NCBI RefSeq assembly: GCF_963921235.1
Contig: NW_026948250.1
Coordinates: forward strand, 62,001-126,000
Direction: 5' to 3'
DNA length: 64,000 bases
Source: Mobula hypostoma
Lineage: Eukaryota
The position numbers and the translations under genes were made by a program. The notes beneath the pieces were generated by a model that was not told where the DNA came from, made no database searches, and saw only the letters and a program-made list of their open reading frames with translations. Positions within the stretch are counted from its first letter, which is position 1, and each line of letters starts with the position of its first letter. Positions 35,201 to 48,123 of this stretch are shown here, in pieces.

Positions 35201-38200
35201 CCCCTCCCTCCCCTACACACCTCCCCGTCACCGTCATCCCCTCCCTCCCCTACACAACTCCCCGTCACCGTCATCCACTCCCTCCCCCACACACCTCCCC
35301 GTCTACGTCACCCCCTCCCTCCCCTACACACCTCCCCGTCACCCTCACCCCTCCCTCCCCCACACACCTCCCCGTCACCGTCATCCACTCCCTCCCCCAC
35401 ACACCTCCCCGTCACCGTCATCCCCTCCCTCCCCTACACACCTCCCCGTCACCCTCACCCCTCCCTCCCCCACACACCTCCCCGTCACCGTCATCCCCTC
35501 CCTCCCCCACACCCCTCCCCGTCTCCGTCACCCCTCCCTCCCCTACAACCCTCCCCGTCACCCTCACCCCTCCCTCACCTACACACCTCCCCGTCACCTT
35601 CACCCCTCACCGTCATCCCCTCCCTCCCCTACACACCTCCCCGTCACCCTCAGCCCTCCCTCCCCTACACACCTCCCCGTCACCGTCATCCCCTCCCTCC
35701 CCCACACCCCTCCCCGTCTCCGTCACCCCTCCCTCCCCTACATCCCTCCCCGTCACCCTCACCCCTCCCTCACCTACACACCTCCCCGTCACCTTCATCC
35801 ACTCCCTCACCTACACACCTCCTCGTCACCGTCATCCCCTCCCTCCCCCACACCCCTCCCCGTCTCCGTCACCCCTCCCTCCCCTACACCCCTCCCTGTC
35901 ACCCTCAACCCTCCCTCCCTTACACCCCTCCCCGTCACCATCACCCCCTCCCTCCTCTACACACCTCCCTGTCACCCTCAACCCTCCCTCCCCCACACAC
36001 CTCCCCGTCACCCTCACCCCTCCCTCCCCTACACACCTCCCCGTCTCCATCACCCCCTCCCTCCCCTACACCCTCCCCGTCTCCATCACCCCCTCCCACC
36101 CCTACACCCTCCCCGTCTACATCACCCCCTCCCTCCCCTACACCCTCCCCGTCTCCATCACCCCCTCCCTCCCCTACACCCCTCCCCGTCACCGTCATCC
36201 ACTCCCTCCCCCACACACCTCCCCGTCACCGTCATCCACTCCCTCCCCCACACACCTCCCCGTCACCGTCATCCCCTCCCTCCCCCACACACCTCCCCGT
36301 CACCCTCACCCCTCCCTCCCCCACACCCCTCCACGTCTCCGTCACCCCCTCCCTCCCCTACACACCTCCCCGTCACCATCACCCCTCCCTCCCCTACATC
36401 CCTCCCCGTCACCGTCATCCAATCTCTCACCTACACACCTCCCCGTCACCGTCATCCACTCCCTCCCCCACACACCTCCCCGTCACCGTCATCCACTCTC
36501 TCACCTACACACCTCCCCGTCACTGTCATCCCCTCCCTCCCCTACACACCTCCCCGTCACCCTAACCCCTCCCTCCCCCACACATCTCCCCGTCACCCTC
36601 ACCCCTCCCACCCCTACACACCTCCCCGTCACCGTCATCCACTCTCTCCCCCACACCCCTCCCCATCTCCATCACCCCCTCCCCTACATCCCTCCCCGTC
36701 TCCATCACCCCCTCCCTCCCCTACACACCTCCCCGTCACCGTCATCCCTCCCTCCCCCACACACCTCCCCGTCACCGTCATCCACTCCCTCCCCCACACC
36801 ACTCCCCGTCACCGTCACCCCTCCCTCCCCTACACAACTCCCCGTCACCCTCACCCCTCCCTCCCCCACACACCTCCCCGTCACCATCATCCCCTCCCTC
36901 CCCCACACACCGCCCCGTCACCATCATCCCCTCCCTCCCCCACACACCTCCCCGTCACCATCATCCCCTCCCTCCCCCACACAACTCCCCGTCACCGTCA
37001 TCCCCTCCCTCCCCTACACACCTCCCTGTCACCGTCATCCCCTCCCTCCCCCACACCCCTCCCCGTCACCGTCATCCACTCCCTCCCCCACACACCTCCC
37101 CGTCACCGTCATCCCCTCCCTCCCCTACACCCCTCCCCGTCTCCATCACCCCCTCCCTCCCCCACACACCTCCCCGTCACCCTCACCCCTCCCTCCCCTA
37201 CACCCTCCCCGTCACCGTCATCCACTCTCTCACCTACACACCTCCCCCGTCACCATCATCCACTCCCTCCCCTACACCCCTCCCCGTCACCGTCATCCCC
37301 TCCCTCCCCTACACACCTCCCCGTCACCCTCACCCCTCCCTCCCCCACACACCTCCCCGTCACCCTCACCCCTCCCTCCCCCACACACCTCCCCGTCACC
37401 GTCATCCCCTCCCTCCCCCACACACCTCCCCGTCACCGTCACCCCTCCCTCCCCCCCCTACACCCCTCCCCGTCACCGTCATCCACTCCCTCCCCCACAC
37501 ACCTCCCCGTCACCGTCATCCCCTCCCTCCCCCACACACCTCCCCGTCACCCTCACCCCTCCCTCCCCCACACACCTCCCCGTCACCCTCACCCCTCCCT
37601 CCGCCACACACCTCCCCGTCACCGTCACCCCTCCCTCCCCTACACACCTCCCCGTCACCGTCACCCCTCCCTCCCCTACACCCCTCCCCGTCACCGTCAT
37701 CCCCTCCCTCCCCCACACATCTCCCCGTCACCCTCACCCCTCCCTCCCCTACACACCTCCCAGTCACCGTCATCCACTACCTCCCCCACACACCTCCCCG
37801 TCTACGTCACCCCCTCCCTCCCCTACACACCTCCCCGTCACCCTCACCCCTCCCTCCCCCACACACCTCCCCGTCACCGTCATCCACTCCCTCACCTACA
37901 CACCTCCCCGTCACCGTCATCCACTCCCTCCCCTACACACCTCCAGGTCACCGTCATCTACTCCCTCCCCTACACACCTCCCCGTCACCCTCACCCCTCC
38001 CTCCCCCACACACCTCCCCGTCACCGTCATCCCCTCCCTCCCCCACACACCTACCCGTCATCGTCACCCCTCCCTCCCCTACACCCCTCCCCGTCACCGA
38101 CTCCCTCCCCCACACACCTCCCCGTCACCGTCATCCCCTCCCTCCCCCACACACCTCCCCGTCACCCTCACCTCTCCCTCCCCCACACACCTCCCCGTCA

Positions 38201-41200
38201 CCCTCACCCCTCCCTCCCCCACACACCTCCCCGTCACAGTCACCCCTCCCTCCCCTACACACCTCCCCGTCACCGTCACACCTCCCTCCCCTACAACCCT
38301 CCCCGTCACCGTCATCCCCTCCCTCCCCCACACATCTCCCCGTCACCCTCACCCCTCCCTCCCCTACACACCTCCCCGTCACCGTCATCCCCTCCCTCCC
38401 CTACACAACTCCCCGTCACCGTCATCCACTCCCTCCCCCACACACCTCCCCGTCTACGTCACCCCCTCCCTCCCCTACACACCTCCCCGTCACCCTCACC
38501 CCTCCCTCCCCCACACACCTCCCCGTCACCGTCATCCACTCCCTCCCCCACACACCTCCCCGTCACCGTCATCCCCTCCCTCCCCTACACACCTCCCCGT
38601 CACCCTCACCCCTCCCTCCCCTACACACCTCCCCGTCACCGTCATCCACTCCCTCCCCCACACACCTCCCCGTCACCGTCATCCCCTCCCTCCCCTACAC
38701 CCCTCCCCGTCACCGTCATCAACTCCCTCCCCTACACCCCTCCCCGTCACCGTCATCTACTCCCTCACCTACACACCTCCTCGTCACCGTCATCCCCTCC
38801 CTCCCCTACACACCTCCCCGTCACCGTCATCCCCTCCCTCCCCCACACACCTCCCCGTCACCGTCATCCCCTCCCTCCCCTACACACCTCCCCGTCACCC
38901 TCACCCCTCCCTCCCCCACACACCTCCCCGTCACCGTCATCCACTCCCTCACCTACACACCTCCCCGTCACCCTCACCCCTCCCTCCCCCACACACCTCC
39001 CCGTCACCATCATCCCCTCCCTCCCCTACACCCCTCCCCGTCTCCATTACCCCCCCTCACCTACACACCTCCCCGTCACCCTCACCCCCTCCCTCCCCTA
39101 CACACCTCCCCGTCTCCATCACCCCCTCCCTCACCTACACACCTCCCCGTCACCCTCACCCCCTCCCTCCCCTACACACCTCCCCGTCTCCATCACCCCC
39201 TCCCTCCCCTACACCCCTCCCCGTCTCCGTCACCCCTACCTCCCCTACATCCCTCCCCGTCACCGTCATCCACTCCCTCACCTACACACCTCCCCGTCAC
39301 CCTCACCCCTCCCTCCCCCACACACCTCCCCGTCACCGTCATCCCCTCCCTCCCCCACACACCTCCCCGTCACCATCACCCCTCCCTCCCCTACATCCCT
39401 CCCCGTCACCGTCATCCCCTCCCTCCCCCACACACCTCCCCGTCACCGTCATCCACTCCCTCCCCTACACACCTCCCCGTCACCGTCATCCCCTCCCTCC
39501 CCCACACATCTCCCCGTCACCGTCATCCACTCCCTCCCCCACACACCTCCCCGTCACCGTCATCCACTCCCTCCCCCACACACCTCCCCGTCACCCTCAC
39601 CCCTCCCTCCCCCACACACCTCCCCGTCTCCGTCATCCCCTCCCTCCCCTACACACCTCCCTGTCACCGTCATCCACTCCCTCCCCCACACACCTCCCCG
39701 TCACCGTCATCCCCTCCCTCCCCCACACACCTCCCCGTCTACGTCACCCCCTCCCTCCCCTACACACCTCCCTGTCACCGTCATCCCCTCCCTCCCCCAC
39801 ACATCTCCCCGTCACCCTCACCCCTCCCTCCCCCACACACCTCCCCGTCACCGTCATCCACTCCCTCCCCACACCCCTCCGCGTCTACGTCACCCCCTCC
39901 CTCCCCTACACCGCTCCACATCTCCGTCACCCCTCCCTCCCCTACACCCTCCCCGTCTCCCTCACCCCTCCCTCCCCCACACACCTCCCCGTCACCGTCA
40001 TCCCCTCCCTCCCCCACACACCTCCCTGTCACCGTCATCTACTCCCTCCCCCACACACCTCCCCGTCACCATCATCCACTCCCTCCCCCACACACCTCCC
40101 TGTCACCCTCACCCCTCCCTCCCCCACACACCTCCCCGTCTCCGTCACTCCCTCCCTCCCCTACACCCCTCCCAGTCACCGTCACCCCTCCCTCCCCTAC
40201 ACCCCTCCCCGTCTCCATCACCCCTCCCTCCCCTACACACCTCCCCGTCACCCTCACCCCTCCCTCCCCTACACACCTCCCTGTCACCGTCATCCACTCC
40301 CTACCCCACACACCTCCCCGTCACCGTCATCCACTCCCTCCCCCACACCCCTCCCCGTCACCGTCATCCCCTCCCTCCCCCACACATCTCCCCGTCACCG
40401 TCATCCACTCCCTCCCCCACACACCTCCCCGTCACCGTCATCCACTCCCTCCCCCACACAACTCCCCGTCACCCTCACCCCTCCCTCCCCTACACACCTC
40501 CCCGTCTCCATCACCCCCTCCCTCCCCTACACACCTCCCCGTCACCCTCACCCCTCCCTCCCCCACACACCTCCCCGTCACCGTCATCCACTCCCTCACC
40601 TACACACCTCCCCGTCACCATCATCCCCTCCCTCCCCCACACACCTCCCCGTCACCGTCATCCCCTCCCTCCCCCACACATCTCCCCGTCACCATCATCC
40701 CCTCCCTCCCCCACACACCTCCCCGTCACCGTCATCCACTCCCTCCCCCACACACCTCCCCGTCACCCTCACCCCTCCCTCCCCCACACACCTCCCCGTC
40801 ACCATCATCCACTCCCTCACCTACACACCTCCCCGTCACCATCATCCCCTCCCTCCCCCACACACCTCCCCGTCACCGTCATCCCCTCCCTCCCCTACAC
40901 ACCTCCCCGTCACCCTCACCCCTCCCTCCCCCACACACCTCCCCGTCACCATCATCCCCTCCCTCCCCTACACACCTCCCCGTCACCGTCATCCACTCTC
41001 TCACCTACACACCTCCCCGTCACCGTCATCCCCTCCCTCCCCCACACCCCTCCCCGTCTCCGTCATCCACTCCCTCCCCACACCCCTCCCCGTCTACGTC
41101 ACCCCTTCCCTCCCCTACACCGCTCCACATCTCCGTCACCCCTCCCTCCCCCACACCACTCCCCGTCACCGTCACCCCCTCCCTCCCCTACACCCTCCCC

Positions 41201-44200
41201 GTCTCCATCACCCCCTCCCTCCCCTACACCCTCCCCGTCTCCATCACCCCCTCCCTCCCCTACACCCCTCCCCGTCACCGTCATCCACTCCCTCCCCCAC
41301 ACACCTCCCCGTCACCGTCATCCACTCCCTCCCCCACACACCTCCCCGTCACCGTCATCCCCTCCCTCCCCCACACACCTCCCCGTCACCCTCACCCCTC
41401 CCTCCCCTACACACCTCCCTGTCACCGTCATCCAATCTCTCACCTACACACCTCCCCGTCACCGTCATCCACTCCCGCCCCTACACACCTCCCCGTCACC
41501 GTCATCCACTCCCGCCCCTACACACCTCCCCGTCTCCATCACCCCCTCCCTCCCCTACACCCCTCCCCGTCACCCTCACCCCTCCCTCCCCCACACACCT
41601 CCCCGTCACCGTCATCCCCTCCCTCCCCTACACCCCTCCCCGTCTCCATCACCCCCTCCCTCCCCCACACACCTCCCCGTCACCCTCACCCCTCCCTTCC
41701 CTACACCCTCCCCGTCACTGTCATCCACTCTCTCACCTACACACCTCCCCGTCACCATCATCCACTCCCTCCCCTACACCCCTCCCCGTCACCTTCACCC
41801 CTCCCTCCCCTACACACCTCCCTGTCACCGTCATCCACTCCCTCCCCCACACACCTCCCCATCACCGTCATCCACTCCCTCCCCCACACCCCTCCCCGTC
41901 ACCGTCATCCCCTCCCTCCCCCACACATCTCCCCGTCACCGTCATCCACTCCCTCCCCCACACACCTCCCCGTCACCGTCATCCACTCCCTCCCCCACAC
42001 ACCTCCCCGTCACCCTCACCCCTCCCTCCCCTACACACCTCCCCGTCTCCATCACCCCCTCCCTCCCCTACACACCTCCCCGTCACCCTCACCCCTCCCT
42101 CCCCCACACACCTCCCCGTCACCGTCATCCACTCCCTCACCTACACACCTCCCCGTCACCATCATCCCCTCCCTCCCCCACACACCTCCCCGTCACCGTC
42201 ATCCCCTCCCTCCCCCACACATCTCCCCGTCACCATCATCCCCTCCCTCCCCCACACACCTCCCCGTCACCGTCATCCACTCCCTCCCCCACACACCTCC
42301 CCGTCACCCTCACCCCTCCCTCCCCCACACACCTCCCCGTCACCATCATCCACTCCCTCACCTACACACCTCCCCGTCACCATCATCCCCTCCCTCCCCC
42401 ACACACCTCCCCGTCACCGTCATCCCCTCCCTCCCCTACACACCTCCCCGTCACCCTCACCCCTCCCTCCCCCACACACCTCCCCGTCACCATCATCCCC
42501 TCCCTCCCCTACACACCTCCCCGTCACCGTCATCCACTCTCTCACCTACACACCTCCCCGTCACCGTCATCCCCTCCCTCCCCCACACCCCTCCCCGTCT
42601 CCGTCATCCACTCCCTCCCCACACCCCTCCCCGTCTACGTCACCCCTTCCCTCCCCTACACCGCTCCACATCTCCGTCACCCCTCCCTCCCCCACACCAC
42701 TCCCCGTCACCGTCACCCCCTCCCTCCCCTACACCCTCCCCGTCTCCATCACCCCCTCCCTCCCCTACACCCTCCCCGTCTCCATCACCCCCTCCCTCCC
42801 CTACACCCCTCCCCGTCACCGTCATCCACTCCCTCCCCCACACACCTCCCCGTCACCGTCATCCACTCCCTCCCCCACACACCTCCCCGTCACCGTCATC
42901 CCCTCCCTCCCCCACACACCTCCCCGTCACCCTCACCCCTCCCTCCCCTACACACCTCCCTGTCACCGTCATCCAATCTCTCACCTACACACCTCCCCGT
43001 CACCGTCATCCACTCCCGCCCCTACACACCTCCCCGTCACCGTCATCCACTCCCGCCCCTACACACCTCCCCGTCTCCATCACCCCCTCCCTCCCCTACA
43101 CCCCTCCCCGTCACCCTCACCCCTCCCTCCCCCACACACCTCCCCGTCACCGTCATCCCCTCCCTCCCCTACACCCCTCCCCGTCTCCATCACCCCCTCC
43201 CTCCCCCACACACCTCCCCGTCACCCTCACCCCTCCCTTCCCTACACCCTCCCCGTCACTGTCATCCACTCTCTCACCTACACACCTCCCCGTCACCATC
43301 ATCCACTCCCTCCCCTACACCCCTCCCCGTCACCGTCATCCCCTCCCTCCCCTACACACCTCCCCGTCACCCTCACCCCTCCCTCCCCCACACACCTCCC
43401 CGTCACCCTCACCCCTCCCTCCCCCACACACCTCCCCGTCACCGTCATCCCCTCCCTCCCCCACACACCTCCCCGTCACCGTCACCCCTCCATCCCCTAC
43501 ACCCCTCCCCGTCTCCATCACCCCCTCCCTCCCCTACACCCTCCCCGTCTCCATCACCTCTCCCTCCCCTACACACCTCCCCGTCACCGTCACCCCTCCC
43601 TCCCCTACACACCTCCCCGTCACCGTCATCCACTCCCTCCCCCACACACCTCCCCGTCACCGTCATCCCCTCCCTCCCCTACACACCTCCCCGTCACCCT
43701 CACCACTCCCTCCCCCACACACCTCCCCGTCACCGTCACCCCTCCCTCCCCTACACACCTCCTCGTCACCGTCATCCACTCCCTCCCCCACACACCTCCC
43801 CGTCACCATCATCCCCTCCCTCCCCTACACCCCTCCCCGTCACCGTCATCCACTCCCTCCCCTACACCCCTCCCCGTCACCGTCATCCCCTCCCTCCCCT
43901 ACACCCCTCCCCGTCACCGTCATCTACTCCCTCACGTACACACCTCCCCGTCACCGTCATCCCCTCCCTCCCCTGCACACTTCCCCGTCACCGTCATCCC
44001 CTCCCTCCCCCACACACCTCCCCGTCACCGTCATCCCCTCCCTCCCCTACACACCTCCCCGTCACCCTCACCACTCCCTCCCCCACACACCTCCCCGTCA
44101 CCGTCACCCCTCCCTCCCCTACACACCTCCTCGTCACCGTCATCCACTCCCTCCCCCACACACCTCCCCGTCACCGTCATCCCCTCCCTCCCCTACACCC

Positions 44201-47200
44201 CTCCCCGTCACCGTCATCCCCTCCCTCCCCTACACCCCTCCCCGTCACCGTCATCCCCTCCCTCCCCTACACCCCTCCCCGTCACCGTCATCCCCTCCCT
44301 CCCCTACACACCTCCCCGTCACCGTCATCCCCTCCCTCCCCCACACACCTCCCCGTCACCGTCATCCCCTCCCTCCCCTACACACCTCCCCGTCACCCTC
44401 ACCACTCCCTCCCCCACACACCTCCCCGTCACCGTCATCCACTCCCTCCCCCACACCTCCCCGTCACCGTCATCCCTCCCTCCCCTACACACCTCCCCGT
44501 CACCCTCACCACTCCCTCCCCCACACACCTCCCCGTCACCGTCACCCCTCCCTCCCCTACACACCTCCTCGTCACCGTCATCCACTCCCTCCCCCACACA
44601 CCTCCCCGTCACCGTCATCCCCTCCCTCCCCTACACCCCTCCCCATCACCGTCATCCACTCCCTCCCCTACACCCCTCCCCGTCACCGTCATCCCCTCCC
44701 TCCCCTACACCCCTCCCCATCACCGTCATCTACTCCCTCACCTACACACTTCCCCGTCACCGTCATCCCCTCCCTCCCCCACACACCTCCCCGTCACCGT
44801 CATCCCCTCCCTCCCCTACACACCTCCCCGTCACCCTCACCCCTCCCTTCCCCACACACCTCCCCGTCACCGTCATCCACTCCCTCACCAACACACCTCC
44901 CCGTCACCCTCACCCCTCCCTCCCCCACACACCTCCCCGTCACCATCATCCCCTCCCTCCCCTACACCCCTCCCCGTCTCCATCACCCCCCCCTCACCTA
45001 CACACCTCCCCGTCACCCTCACCCCCTCCCTCCCCTACACACCTCCCCGTCACCCTCAACCCCTCCCTCCCCTACACACCTCCCCGTCAACCATCACCCC
45101 CTCCCTCCCCTACACACCTCCCCGTCTCCATCACCCCCTCCCTCCCCTACACCCCTCCCCGTCACCGTCCTCCCCTCCCTCCCCTACACACCTCCCCGTC
45201 ACCGTCATCCACTCCCTCACCTACACACCTCCCCGTCACCCTCATCCCCTCCCTCCCCCACACACCTCCCCGTCACCGTCATCCCCTCCCTCCCCCACAC
45301 ACCTCCCCGTCACCATCATCCCCTCCCTCCCCCACACACCTCCCCGTCACCCTCACCCCTCCCTCCCCTACACCCTCCCCGTCACCGTCATCCACTCCCT
45401 CACCTACACACCTCCTCGTCACCCTCACCCCTCCCTCCCCTACACACCTCCCCGTCACCGTCATCCCCTCCCTCCCCCACACCCCTCCCCGTCTCCATCA
45501 CCCCCTCCCTCCCCTACACCTCTCCCTATCTCCATCATCCCCTTCCTCCCCTACACCCTTCCCCGTCTCCATCACCCCCTCCCTCCCCTACACCCTCCCC
45601 GTCTCCATCACCCCCTCCCTCCCCTACACCCCTCCCCGTCTCCATCACCCCCTCCCTCCCCTACACCCCTCCCCGTCTCCATCACCCCCTCCCTCCCCTA
45701 CACCCCTCCCCGTCTCCATCACTCCCTCCCTCCCCTACACCCCTCCCCGTCTCCATCACCCCTCCCTCCCCTACACCCCTCCCCATCTCCATCACCCCCT
45801 CCCTCCCCTACACACTTCCCCGTCACCCTCACCCCTCCCTCCCCCACACACCTCCTCGTCACCGTCATCCCCTCCCTCCCTCACACCCCTCCCCGTCTCC
45901 GTCACCCCTCCCTCCCCTACACCCCTCCCTGTCACCCTCACCCCTCCCTCCCTTACACCCCTCCCCGTCTCCGTCACCCCTCCCTCCCCCACACACCTCC
46001 CCGTCACCCTCACCCCTCCCTCCCCTACACACCTCCCCGTCACCGTCATCCCCTCCCTCCCCCACACACCTCCCCGTCACCCTCACCCCTCCCTCCCCTA
46101 CACACCTCCCCGTCACCCTCACCCCTCCCTCCCCCACACCTCCCCATCACCGTCATCCACTCCCTCCCCCACACACCTCCCCGTCACCGTCATCCACTCC
46201 CTCACCTACACACCTCCCCGTCACCCTCACCCCTCCCTCCCCCACACATCTCCCCGTCACCGTCATCCACTCCCTCCCCCACACACCTCCCCGTCACCCT
46301 CACCCCTCCCTCCCCTACACCCCTCCCCGTCACCGTCATCCACTCCCTCCCCCACACACCTCCCCGTCACCCTCACCCCTCCCTCCCCTACACACCTCCC
46401 CGTCACCCTCACCCCTCCCTCCCCTACATCCCTCGCCGTCACCCTCACCCCTCCCTCCCCCACACACCTCGCCGTCACCGTCATCCCCTCCCTCCCCCAC
46501 ACACCTCCCCGTCACCCTCACCCCTCCCTCCCCTACACACCTCCCCGTCACCGTCATCCCCTCCCTCCCCTACACACCTCCCCGTCACCGTCATCCCCTC
46601 CCTCCCCTACACACCTCCCCGTCACCCTCACCCCTCCCTCCCCTACATCCCTCCCCGTCACCGTCATCCCCTCCCTCCCCCACACACCTCCCCGTCACCA
46701 TCACCCCTCCCTCCCCTACATCCCTCCCCGTCACCGTCATCCCCTCCCTCCCCCACACACCTCCCCGTCACCGTCATCCACTCCCTCCCCTACACACCTC
46801 CCCGTCACCGTCATCCCCTCCCTCCCCCACACACCTCCCCGTCACCGTCATCCACTCCCTCACCTACACACCTCCCGGTCACCATCATCCCCTCCCTCCC
46901 CCACACACCTCCCCGTCACCGTCATCCCCTCCCTCCCCTACACACCTCCCCGTCACCCTCACCCCTCCCTCCCCCACACACCTCCCCGTCACCATCATCC
47001 CCTCCCTCCCCTACACACCTCCCCGTCACCGTCATCCACTCTCTCACCTACACACCTCCCCGTCACCGTCATCCCTTCCCTCCCCCACACCCCTCCCCGT
47101 CTCCGTCATCCACTCCCTCCCCACACCCCTCCCCGTCTACGTCACCCCCTCCCTCACCCACACCCCCTCCCTCACCCACACCCCTACCCGTCTCCATCAC

Positions 47201-48120
47201 CCCCTCCCTCCCCCACACCACTCCCCGTCACCGTCACCCCCTCCCTCACCCACACCCCTACCCATCTCCGTCATCCCCTCCCTCACCCACACCCCTACCC
47301 GTCTCCATCACCCCCTCCCTCCCCTACACCCCCCGTCTCCATCACCCCCTCCCTCCCCTACACCCCTCCCCGTCTCCATCACCCCCTCCCTCCCCTACAC
47401 CCCTACCCGTCTCCATCACCCCCTCCCTCCCCTACACCTCTCCACATCTCCGTCACCCCTCCCTCCCCTACACCCCTCCACATCTCCATCACCCCTCCCT
47501 CCCCTACACCCCTCCCCGTCTCCGTCACCCCTCCCTCCCCCACACCACTCTCTGTCTCTGTCACCCCTCCCCGTCTCCATCACCCCTCCCTCACCTACAC
47601 CCCTCCACATCTCCATCACCCCTCCCTCCCCTACACCTCTCCCCGTCTCCATCACCCCCTCCCTCACCTACACCCCTCCCCATCTCCGTCATCCCCTCCC
47701 TTACCCACACCCCTACCCGTCTCCATCACCCCCTCCCTCCCCTACACCCCTCCACATCTCCGTCACCCCTCCCTCCCCTACACCCCTCCACATCTCCATC
47801 ACCCCTCCCTCCCCTACACCCCTCCACATCTCCGTCACCCCTCCCTTCCCCACACCACTCCCCGTCTCCGTCACCCCTCCCCGTCTCCATCACCCCCTCC
47901 CTCACCTACACCCCTCCACATCTCCGTCACCCCTCCCTCCCCTACACCCCTCCCCGTCTCCATCACCCCCTCCCTCACCTACACCCCTCCCCATCTCCGT
48001 CATCCCCTCCCTCCCCCCACCCCTCCCCGTCTCCATCACCCCCTCCCTCCCCTACACCTCTCCCCGTCTCCATCACCCCCTCCCTCCCCTGCACCTCTCC
48101 CCATCTCCGTCACCCCTCTC
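32221..48120. repeat. ~16-kb C-rich minisatellite, ~37-bp unit (CCCCGTCACCGTCATCCCCTCCCTCCCCCACACACCT), with higher-order duplications
   Basis: Seen directly. Higher-order periods are 3079 bp (32534 vs 35613, 33626 vs 36705, 34400 vs 37479) and 1541 bp (41099 vs 42640). Confidence 0.97.
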
Positions 48121-48123
48121 TCT